Source: Nemertoderma westbladi (lineage: Eukaryota > Animalia > Xenacoelomorpha). Taken from it: a DNA stretch of 64,000 bases. The stretch spans positions 10,842 to 74,841 of the forward strand of contig JAUCBJ010008831.1 in NCBI GenBank assembly GCA_032718475.1, read 5' to 3'. Below, one piece after another: positions 13,041 to 23,564 of the stretch (its first letter is position 1; each line of letters opens with the position of its first letter). Under the pieces are notes generated by a model. It was given only the letters and a program-made list of their open reading frames with translations, ran no database searches and had not been told where the DNA came from. Both the position numbers and the translations under genes were made by a program.

Positions 13041-13574
13041 TCAATCAATCAATCAATTGAGCTCATATGAGCTCGTATATTAGTTTTATTTATAAATTGA
13101 AATCTCACGAATAAATAGGCCTATTAGCTGATTAGTGAACTATCATATGAACAGTTATTTGCAAGTTGTGTAGCCTAATGAATTTGTGTAGTTATTAAAT
13201 TAGCCAAATAAAGCAGTAGCATAGCTAGTGTTGCATTATTTGACTAAAAGAGAGGAAAATAATTCGTGATATACTGGTTCATTGCCATTCAAATGATCTT
13301 GGTACTCTACGTCTTGCGATCAGTATGGCTTGTTGTTATAATAGTTGAATTGCGTAAAGTGGTGTTTATGGTGGTAGAACATGTGCAGATACATTCAAGT
13401 ATTTTACGGAAAACGATGATGACGATAAATAATCAACTGAGATGATGACGGTGATGTTTGTTTATAAGTTATTTATTTATTATTATTTTGTAGGTTATTT
13501 AGAAGTGATATTTTTAGTTTTTTGGCTAATGAGTTCCATGCTTAGTGAGTTCCATATAATAGTTCTTCTTTAAT

Positions 13575-14057
13575 TTAATGAATTTTGTGTGGACAGCAAT
13601 CTAGTATGGGGAATAAAATAGTTCTGCATTGTTGTGGATCTAGTAGCGTGACTGTGAATTTGGGATGTTTGTGTGAATAGGGTTGAAAAATCATCAAAGA
13701 AGACATCAAAAAGGGTATTACAATTTTTGTCTTTGGAGGTGATGGGGGATAATAGCGATCCACACTATTCAATAGTGCAATATATTCTGGATGCGGTACC
13801 TTTTTATTATCTACAAAGATGAACGGTTTTATGCGATGCACTTGCTTAATGTGCTCCGGTACGCGTCTAAAGCATTTCCCACATAGTGGACATACAGTTG
13901 GTTTGCGTCTCTTTTTTGCCGTGGTAGTAGCTGTTTTTGAAGTAGCATTGAGAAATGTCAGCAGTTTTTCATCAACAATTTGATGTATAACCCGGAGGTG
14001 GCGTTTTAAGTTAACAACACTTTTTCCACATTTGGTACATTTTCGTTTAGATCGCAC
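13575..14057 (-). CDS. Tandem C2H2-like zinc-finger region, probably the N-terminus of the YR protein
   Basis: CTKCGKSVVNLKRHLRVIH and CPLCGKCFRRVPEHIKQVH; same strand as, and upstream of, the YR fragment. Confidence 0.55.
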   Translation of the reverse strand: MRSKRKCTKCGKSVVNLKRHLRVIHQIVDEKLLTFLNATSKTATTTAKKRRKPTVCPLCGKCFRRVPEHIKQVHRIKPFIFVDNKKVPHPEYIALLNSVDRYYPPSPPKTKIVIPFLMSSLMIFQPYSHKHPKFTVTLLDPQQCRTILFPILDCCPHKIH

Positions 14058-14261
14058 TCTGTCTTCAGTCTTCAGTCGATTCTCGATTTGGATTGTTCCT
14101 CAGAGTAACGATTTCTGTGTTTCGTTTTTTTCTTTTGGCTGGTCTAGGTGGTAACCACTCTAAATCCGAATCTAAATAAATATATGCAATAACATTATTT
14201 GTTCAAAACTTATTTCGATGAAAAAATTTCTTAAACAATAAACAGAAAACCAATTATAACA

Positions 14262-14360
14262 AAGGACACTGGCCTTGAATATGCGAATAATCTAGCAAAT
14301 GTCATGGATGATACGGAGTTGTGGCGGCGCAATTTTGTTGACAAGCCAGCATAGCATTCG
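14262..14360 (+). mobile_element. Short 3' fragment of the RTE-like LINE also found at 45650-46312
   Basis: AAGGACACTGGCCTTGAA...GAGTTGTGGCGG...CAAGCC aligns by eye with ~46170-46270. Confidence 0.8.
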
Positions 14361-14857
14361 TAATGCACGATGCAAAGAGATCGTATTTTTATCAATCTAT
14401 CAATCAATCTCTATATATCAATCTATATATATATCAATCAATATTTTGTTATTATATTTATACATACAGCGGTTCTATCTAGTAGTATACAGATAGTAAG
14501 TCACAAATGTAGTACAAATGTAAGTCACTAAGAGGTGGTCAACCTGTGCCGGGTGCTCTTGACGGGTGTAACACTTGCTGTGTCCCATATAAGGTACTGG
14601 ATCTACCGGTACAGTGTGGTAGTAAAATATACTTATTTGCCTTATAATACACGCCCATTTATGGTGACTGAAAGCGGCCAAAATAATTCACTACTTTTTT
14701 AATTTTTATTTTGATCAACATTTTTTTCTTGAATCTTGTCAACCCTTAAAACTCTTACTATCAACCCGGGTTGAAATTAATATCAACCCGGGTTGAAATT
14801 ATTCATACAGTGAGGCAGAGGGAAATTTAAAATGCAATTAACAGGCTGAAATACGGT

Positions 14858-15453
14858 TGTGACGGGATCAAGGGATCCCGACCGGGTTAAGTTTGTACGC
14901 GTCACAGTGGGCTGATGGCAGGATGGTGAAAAGTTTGAGTTGGATGTTCCTTCGTTCATATAATACAACTGGTAATGATAGCACAGTATGAGATAACCGA
15001 TAATAGTGAATAATAAATCAGTATGTAACAGCACCGCGATGACGGTAAGACTATAATGCCGGTCTCCACTGAAACTGACAATCTGCTAACTGAATAGTAA
15101 ATCAGTATGTATGAGATAATATACGACACACCAATATTACTTCACTGCTACATTAGTTTGGCCTCTTACCTAGTGGATGCTCTCCTTCGCCCCTATTGGC
15201 TAATAACCTACTTCACGCCCTTCCACTCTCTGGGAGTGTTTCCCCTCTGTTGCTAGCCCCTGCTAGCTGTGTCCCCTTCTGAGGTGGTTTGACCTCTAAC
15301 CTCCCTTTGTGTGTGGCTTTGGGGTTTGTACTGTCCCCTATGTTGGTTGTGATACGAGATTAGTTACTGCTAATCTCGTATCTCCAACATATTGCTAAAA
15401 ATGCCACTATCCCATTTTATGAGGGTAATGCGGCGGAATTGAATCCGCTTACA
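14858..15453 (-). mobile_element. Solo LTR (596 bp) related to the LTRs at 45117 and 63462
   Basis: TGT...ACA termini with flanks ACGGT/ACAGT (5-bp TSD, 1 mismatch). It shares the TGTGAYGGGATC end and the internal ACGGT..CCGGTC block with the other two LTRs. Confidence 0.75.
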
Positions 15454-15583
15454 ACAGTGTGTAAATCGGAACCAGCATACCCAAAACCGGTACTGTACCT
15501 AGAATTGTAGTTCTTTATTCTGTCTCCCGGTATTCCCTGTAGTCCTATTCTCCTTTAGGCCATTATTAGGTCCGCATAGCGAG

Positions 15584-16272
15584 CAAGGGTTGTCAATAAT
15601 TGATTACAATTTAATTGCATGAAACCAATCAATTAATTGAATAATTGAGATACTCAAAATCAATTATTCAATCAAGTGTAATTTATTGCAATTAAAAAAA
15701 TCCTGACTGTTTGAGCGTAATAGGTAGGTATGCCTACATATCATTTGTATACAGAAAGTAAAAACTATCAATTTCATTATGAGTTATGGTAACGGTACCG
15801 GTACCAGTAGTATACAATACGTAAGTGCAATAATAGATAGGCGTTGCAGGCCATGCCATGCAGGGACGGGCCAGTTTAATAATACTTACAGTTTGGTGAT
15901 TTAGGCCTATAGTTTACAGTATAGGCCTAATCGTCCAGTCAAGTTCTAACTGCTTTGATGCTTGGTCTGGTGACTGGTGAGCTCAGCAGTGGATTCGGGT
16001 ATTTCTTCTACTGCTGTACTGCACAGTTGGGTACCGTATACTGTTTTAAATAATCGGAGAGGCATTAAGATGGGAAAGGGAACATTTAATCGAGAATGTT
16101 TCAAGTGCAATTAAGTGCGTATAAAGTGCAATTAATTGATCTAATCAATCAATTTTTCAATTAATTGGACGTCGCCCAATCAATTATTAAATTATCAAAA
16201 AGTGAGCAATCAATTAATTGGGATCAATTAATTGCCATTAATTGCAGCTCAATTAATTTTTGACAACACTTG
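15584..16272. mobile_element. hAT-type MITE (689 bp)
   Basis: TIRs CAAGGGTTGTCAATAATT / AATTTTTGACAACACTTG, an 8-bp TSD ATAGCGAG/GTAGCGAG, and subterminal arrays of CAATTAATTG-like motifs at both ends. Confidence 0.8.
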
Positions 16273-16349
16273 GTAGCGAGACCTCTAGTATTCACTCCAT
16301 TGCTGTTGTGTTTGGTGTTGTTGTTGTTAATTTCTCGTTAGGTTTTGGT

Positions 16350-17210
16350 ATTAGGACTTAATAGGGACTCAGTTGGCAGAGCGTAGGACTTGGAATGTCT
16401 AGGTACCGAGTTCAATCCCCCCATTCCGGTGAATGTTTTTTGTTGTAAGATTGTTACTGTAGCAAGCCATTCAAGGAGACAGTTTATGCGTTAGTACTGT
16501 AGACGCGGACCTTTGTGGAATTTCACGCTTGTTTTACTCTACTCTACTACCTACACCATGTCCTGGAATATAGTGTCGTAATTCAGTGACATGGACCCCC
16601 CACCCCCAAGGTTTTTTGTTACAAATCTTAATGAGATTGCTTGAAATTAGAAACAGAGAGAGTTTCATCTACCTCATCCTTACTGGGTGAGCTAGAATTT
16701 TTATTTTCACAATTCTGGAACATTTTGTTTATCTCATAAGTAGTTGGGCAACAATGCATTGCCTTCATGATAATACTAGTATATAAAATATTCCTACATA
16801 CGCAAAATGTTCTAGAACATTGTGAATTTATTAAATAAAATAAATGGCTTGCAGCGGTAGCAAATACATGCAACTTTCGAATGCCCACATCTCAGCTATT
16901 TCCCAACCAAATTTGCACATTTGGAATCCCTGCCCGGTCAGCTTTCTATCAGTACTAACAAGTCACTATAAGGTTGAGGAATAACTGCGGTGTAATGGCG
17001 CTATATCGACTATATTATATTCCAGGACATGGTGTAGGTAGTAGTAGAGTAGAGTAAAAGAAGCGCGAAATCCCACAAATGTCCGCGTCTACTAAGGCAT
17101 GAACTGTCTCCTGAATGGCTTACTACCAATCTTACAACCAAAAACATTCACCGGAATGGGGAATTGAACTGCCAACTGAGCCACTGGGGCCGTATCAAGT
17201 CCTAATAGAG
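16350..17210. repeat. Inverted pair of a tRNA-derived (SINE-like) sequence
   Basis: 16350-16575 has A-box-like CTCAGTTGGCAGAGCG and B-box GAGTTCAATCC. A diverged inverted copy is at ~17013-17210 and a third partial copy at ~41255-41365. Confidence 0.65.
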
Positions 17211-17710
17211 TCCTAATTAAGAAATTCCAACAAAAATATTTTATTTTACTATTTTCGCTGGGAAAAAAAGTAAATTCAATGCAATCCTATTGATTGCTTT
17301 TTTCCCTAGGGAAAAAAGTACATTGTACTTTTTCTTTCATAACTCCATTAGAATTTAGAAATAACATTATGCATGAGCATAACTACAAGATTACCTATTA
17401 TCTCTAGGTATTAAGCAAGCCCAATATAGGGAATTAAAGAGACAGATGAACGGAGATTTCGAGTGGAAATGTTTTAATTGTTCGCGGTCTAGAGTCCAGC
17501 AGGAGGGAGAGCTCGTTATCGGCGATATGGATATTCTTGAGGATATCAATATGACAGATATTCCGTTCAGCATTCCGAACGAAAATATGGAGAAGTGAGT
17601 TTATTTTAGCATTACAAATTAATATCCGTAATACGCATTTACACGCGTAATAACTGCATAAATATATTCAATATAAATATCTTTTATATATTGCTTGTTT
17701 TAATTTTCAG

Positions 17711-18200
17711 TTCAACAGAGTCTGATGATGATCTGCAGCAGTTGAAAACCGCAGCAGTTGAGAGGCAGGAGTTCGTGGTACTAGAGGAAGGTTCAATTAG
17801 ACAGAAGCCATTATTGTTAGAGGAACAGTGTTACTCTTATGTACTTATGCGGCGGAATTCAAAGGGAAGAACCTATTGGAGATGTTCCGTGCGTGGAAAC
17901 CACAAACGTTGTCTGGCTACAGTGATTCAGAAAGTCAACCACTTTATAAGGGACCTGCATGATCATCACATGTTTGACAACCTGGGTTAGGATCAGTTGT
18001 GAAATCTGCTGCACTTCAATCATCGAACAACTTCAAATCGGCACCTGTTATGGTTGAGGATGCCATGTAAACAATGGCAAAATCCTGTCAGTTTGAGGGT
18101 ACCCTTCCTAAAACCTGCGGCATTTTTGCAGCGCTCAACAAATCGTGCCCGACAGAAATTCTACCCAACACATCCAACCACATTGGATTTCGATCTGCCA
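17711..18200 (+). pseudogene. FLYWCH zinc finger + start of MULE transposase
   Basis: FLYWCH motif GSIRQKPLLL...YSY...TYWRCSVRG..RCLATV...H, then NRARQKFYPTHPTTLDFDL. A possible short intron runs from GTGAG (~17595) to TTTCAG (17710). Confidence 0.7.
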
Positions 18201-18812
18201 TTACCTACTATAGATACGACCTGGAAAGATGCAAACAGGGGTCAGGTAGTGAACACCGAAAACTAGTCCGAGTCCGAGTCCAGTGAAAACTAGCAATCCT
18301 ATCATTGTAGAAGCTTTATCTACACCAACTAATTCGACTATGGCGATGTGCATGGGCTTGATTAAAGGCCCCAGTTACCATGGCAACCAGTAGTTTCGCC
18401 ATACCAACCATCGGTATAATGAACTTGATGCAACGGGACTAACTCCTACCCCCACTATATCTACCAAAATAAATTTATTGATAATATTTTCAAGTCACAG
18501 TTACCATGGCATCCGGTAGTTTCGCCATACCAACCATTGATCTAATCAAATTGAGACAATGGGACCAAAATTCTAAAAATAAACTCATGACTGAAGCGCA
18601 TGTTTTGAAAATCTACTAATAAATACTATAGTAGTCTACTGTACTACAGTATGTACTGTGCTGTACAAACCAAATATATTGTCATATAGTGATATTCATT
18701 AGACTTACACATACAGACACCTCACAATTTGATTGGCCGTTTATCACCAGTAAAGTACTTCTAACAACCCAAACGTTATTAAATACTAATTGTATTAAAC
18801 TACTGTAGGATG

Positions 18813-19574
18813 TCAGACATAATACCTTCTTGCTTTTGCGGAGGATGTAGCGGACCTATAGGTCGCGACGGACTCCCGTCGCCTCTCTGTCCTACTAATT
18901 TCCCCCCGTTTTCTGGGGTTCTCGCTAACCGACGACACCGAATCCTCGGGGTTAACCTCGGGTTCGCCGTCGTGCGGGTCCGCCCATCCCACTAACTTAA
19001 TTCCCCTAGCATCCACTAAGTAAGGCCCTATGTACACTACGTCTGGCTCCATTACCTTGGACAGCCACAATTCAAACAGTTCCGTGGCGACCCCCCTCGC
19101 TCTCTCACTCGCCAGTTCTCCCTGTCCAAAACGGACTAAATATCGGAAATGTTTATTCGACTCACCTAGCCCCTGGTATAGTTTAGGCTGGTCTACCTTT
19201 CTCCCCTCCTTAGCCTCTTTAGTAGTTTCTTTGTGGCGTTATACGCCCATCGTAGCCGATCACTCGTCCCGACGTCCTCTTCGTTAACTCTGCCTACCCT
19301 CCTCGTCCGGCGTCGTACCTGCGGCCCCACAGTCACCGTTCCGGTGGGCCGTCCGTCGCCCTCGGCCTGTGGCTGGCCGGCGACTTTGGTACTCCGTCCG
19401 CCGTCGTCGCCGTGCAACGACTCGTCTTTCTCTCTCCCTCGTAATTGACGGCCGCCCTCCGCTTGGGTTGTCGGATCGTCCCTCGTTGGCGAATCCGGCG
19501 TGGCAGGCTGATACCGTCTCGTCGTGGCCTCTCGGATCGTATGGTTGGTGTCGTCCAGGGTCCGCAGCGGCGTT
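18813..19574 (-). pseudogene. Gag-like N-terminal ORF of an older Bel/Pao-type element, disrupted by the Maverick
   Basis: Clearly homologous to 62384-63379 (TIREATTRRY, VAGQPQAEGD, VYIGPYLVDARG.KLVGW, EVNPEDS). Confidence 0.8.
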
Positions 19575-20083
19575 AGTAGTAGGGTCTTGGCCGGCTCTGT
19601 GACACTTGGACCCAACTGACACCCATTGGGTGTCATATGACACCCAATTATCACCCTATGGGTGTCATTGGGTGTCATTGGCGCCAGACTGTCTGGGTGA
19701 GACCTCCCAATTAGGCTAATTAGACCCTAATTGAAAGGTGTCATCAATTAATTAGTACAATTAAACCCTAACAGGTGTCATATGACTCCTAATTAGGGTT
19801 TAATTGATTATCCTAATTAATCAGACTGATTAGCACCCTGACACACAATGGGTCATCAGTGTTGTCCAAGTGTCACAGAGCCGGCGCAAGAGGGTGTCAT
19901 AAGTGACACCGCAGCTCTTTTATTCATTAATACTTATTTATTTATATTTAATTTTAATTAATTATTTGCATTTTATTTTATTCATATTTAATTCTAAATT
20001 AATTATTCATTTGTACTTTATTTTAAATTAATTAATTGTATTACTTTTACTTTATACATTGATTTCTATTTTAGATTAATTAG
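19575..20083 (+). repeat. Maverick left TIR (continues 32106-~32151 after the LTR insertion)
   Basis: Reverse complement of ~44534-45073; the match resumes right after the ATTAG TSD at 32101-32105. Confidence 0.95.
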
Positions 20084-21298
20084 TGTAAAAGCTTCTGTGG
20101 GGATATAACTGGCCCTTTTGCTTTGCAATCCAGTTCCCCCCCCAGGCGCTGGAATACTCTAAAAAGCTCTCTAACTCGAATGATGCAAAGCGACCGGCTG
20201 ATTGGCTGATTTGTTATACGAGGGGCTCTTTACTATGTTCTATCGGCCAACCAGAGCTATAGCAGCAGAGTATGCAACCAGGGCAACCGAGCGGAGTGAC
20301 TCATTTTGTGTGTTGGCCAAGGGCTGCAAAAATCCTGATAGTTCGGCATTTAGATATTCGTGGAACCTGTGGAATCTGGTGTTCTGCCAATGAGAGCTAT
20401 TCCTCTCTGTGTAAAAAGATACCTGCAACGGTGTTAGAGTCAGAGAGAGTGTTTTTTGTTACTGTTGTGTTGTTTCTCTCTAGGCCAGGAACACCGGCTC
20501 TAGAGTCAATTCGTTTCAGACTTTAGAAGAAACATTAGTAGGCTTAAGATTATAGAGCGTATAACTGTTATCGGTCCATATCAGTACATTGTCATATCAT
20601 ATCTTAACCTACCGTCTTAATGGTTTGCTGTTGTTTGGTTGAATATTATTTGGAGAACATTTATAAAGAACCCAAATTTCCCAATTTTCTTGATACACTA
20701 CAGGTTAGAGAGAAGGGTTATATATAGCGATTGCGACTTATATTATTGTGGTTTGTAGTGAATTTAATGCTATTTGATAAGCACTACATTGGTCCGTTGC
20801 TGTTCTCTTTATATATGATAAAATTCATTGACGGTCGGCAAATTAGTGAGCAGTATTGTATGTTACCGGTAGTGTGCATGATTGTGACTGATAACTAAGC
20901 ATTTCCTAAAGAATGCGCCTCATACGTGAATCATAAGCCTTACCGACTTACCGTTGTGATTAGTATAAGTCATATCTCTGTTTACCTAGATAGAGCGCCA
21001 CGTCCTAAAGGAACTGTTAATATTTCCCGAAAGTAAATAATATTAGTCAGAAATTAATTATTAACGATCAATCGAATAATACAGTACAGTAAGCTTACAC
21101 TGCAATAATAATCTAAGCCCTCAGAATCCAGTCTCCCGGGAATATCCAGCGGGTGAATGGATGCGCACTAGGCTGGCTTCTGCTAATGTTGTGTTTATTG
21201 GTATTAAATATTTGTCATCTTCTAAAGTCTATTTATAAACCAAAAGACATATAAATTTTGGCAGGTTAAACTGCTAAAGGTCTTCAAAAGCGCGTACA
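20084..21298 (+). repeat. 5' LTR (1215 bp)
   Basis: Direct repeat of 30887-32100; by eye about 5 differing positions, including a 1-bp indel. Confidence 0.97.
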
Positions 21299-21362
21299 AT
21301 AACAGTTATTGACTTTATTGCAGTAAGCAATAAAGTTGAAAGTACCGGTCAACCGGTAAACC

Positions 21363-21490
21363 TGAACCGGTACTTCTGTAGGTCAGTAGGCCCAACTGCC
21401 AGAACCGGTACTGCTGTAGGTCCGTAGGTCCAACTGCCAGAACCGGTACTTCTGTAAGTCCGTAGGCCCAACTGTCCTAACCGGTACTTC
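21363..21490 (+). repeat. 39-bp tandem repeat in the retroelement leader (~3.3 units)
   Basis: AACCGGTACTKCTGTARGTCMGTAGGYCCAACTG is repeated. Confidence 0.85.
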
Positions 21491-21699
21491 CAGTATAAGT
21501 ACATTAGTATTATTCGATTTTGATTATTGTATACCGGTAGGTCTTAGTATTTAATCAGGGACTGCAGCCCTGGTTTTTTATTGAGATTTTACTCATTTCT
21601 GTCGGTTTTATTTACATGTAAGTTAATATTGAGCTGAAGACGTGTAAGTCTGCTCAGATTGTTCAGATAATTGTAGGCCGGACTGTTGTTAGATTGTTG

Positions 21700-22250
21700 T
21701 TGAGTTTGGAGAGATTACGGCGTGTGTAGAGTTTGTCCGATAGAGTGGCAGTTAGTAAGTTGGGGCAGCCATAGCTGTAAGGTCAATCCCCTCTTAAAGA
21801 ATAAGTCGTACTACCGTGTTAGAACGCATACTAACTAACAATTTTGGAATCTGCACATACTGTAGTTTATTTAGGCTTGACAGTATTCTGCCAGCGCTTT
21901 GGCCTGTGTTTGTTTGTGTGGTCTGTTCAGGTACCGTAATAGTTATTACTCAGATATTTTGTAGGCTGGATTGTTGTCTAGCTATTATTAGGTCTGAAGA
22001 GATTGCTGCATGTGTAGAGTTTGTCTGATAAAGTGCCAGTTAGTAAGTTGGGGCAGCCATAGCTGTAAGGTCAATCCCCTCTTAAAGAATAAGTCGTACT
22101 ACCGTGTTAGAACGCATACTAACTAACCGTTTTGGAATCTGCACATACAGTAGTTTATTTAGGCTTGGTGGTAGTCTGCCAACGTTTGGTTTGTATTTTG
22201 TTTGAGTATTCTGTGCGGGTAGCGTAATATTTATTATTCAGAGTTTATGC
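21700..22250 (+). repeat. ~290-bp direct duplication in the retroelement leader
   Basis: CAGTTAGTAAGTTGGGGCAGCCATAGCTGTAAGG...CTGCACATAC occurs at ~21749 and ~22037. Confidence 0.9.
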
Positions 22251-23564
22251 GATTATTCGCAACATTCATGTCCCCAAGTTTATTCCTACAGTAATTGTGT
22301 TTGTTACACATACCGTTATAGTTAAATTAACCCCGGTACTACACGGGCTGCTTGGCGTAGGACAAGACTGGTGACTTTGTGCTTCGGTCACTCCAGCAGA
22401 TGCCGTGGTTCTTTTAACTGTTCAAGTATATTTAACTACTGATTATTTGTTGTACCAGTGCTTGTACCTAATTTAGGGTTTAGTGTACAGTGCTTTCCGA
22501 AAGTAATTAGTGTGTAGGCAGTATATTTGTGTTGTAAAGTGGTTAATAGGCACGCTGGATCTGGTAGTCCGCGGTAATTAACTTCTAGGTAGGAACACTC
22601 CGTGATACATAACGTAGTACCTATAGCGATATGGTTATAGGTCATCAGGCGGTGGTATTTTCCTATCTGGACAGTGCAATATATTTACTACTACTTATTA
22701 TTTCAAATACCGTAGTACCCTGTCCGTTGTAATAACCAGAATTCTAACCCTTTGTTAGGCTGGTTTGTAGACTTCCTGTAAAATTACCCTAAAAATTCGT
22801 ACGTAATATTTTTGTTGTGTTTAATTAGAGAATTAATCTCACCCGTATCGTAAGTAATTTGTAGTATTAAGTAACTTAGGTAAATTAGAATTATCTGTTT
22901 TAGTGTCCCATAAGTAGCACTCCACTGAGAGCGCACAGCTTCTGTGTAGTGACCCCCAGAAATAGTAACATCTATTTCAATATTGTAACAAAACCCCTTT
23001 TAAACGGGTATATATCTATTATAAATCAACTCAAACGATTTATAAATAGTAGGCCTGCCATACAACAACTAGGTCTCAATATCAGTTGGACTACTGCTTA
23101 AATAACGGTAATAAAGTAAGTTAAAGTAACCAAGTAACCCTAAAATATTCAGAAATTCAATTATTCTAAAATAATTGACATACCGGTATTTACCATAGGC
23201 TTATTATATTTGTTTCTATAAATTTGGGCTGAAATCATACCGGTACTCTGTAATTAATACTAGTTCATAATTATACTTATATATACTATAAGTGTAAGCT
23301 GTATACCGGTATTCACGATAGGCCTATTATATATTTATATATATTTGTGCTAAAATTATATACCGGTACTCTGTGACAAATCTAGTCTGTAATAATACTT
23401 ATATATATACTATAAGCATACCGGTATTCTAATATATTATATATATATCACGCTACACTGAGTAGCAGTATCGGTAATTAATTACTAGGCTAACAGTGAT
23501 ACTGAATTGCTAGACTTGCTTTAGCTGTAATCATAGCAGTAGGCATTCAACTGTACAAACAAAC

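Noticed and set aside
16355-16430. Functional tRNA gene
   Set aside because: A and B boxes are present, but the acceptor and anticodon stems do not pair convincingly and the sequence continues into a repeat found three times in the window.
19193-19678. 161-aa ORF as a real gene (and 44964-45188)
   Set aside because: It is a chimera of Maverick TIR sequence and the interrupted gag-like frame.
20202-20526. Short ORFs repeated at 31004-31328
   Set aside because: They are identical only because they lie in the two LTRs; there is no coding evidence.
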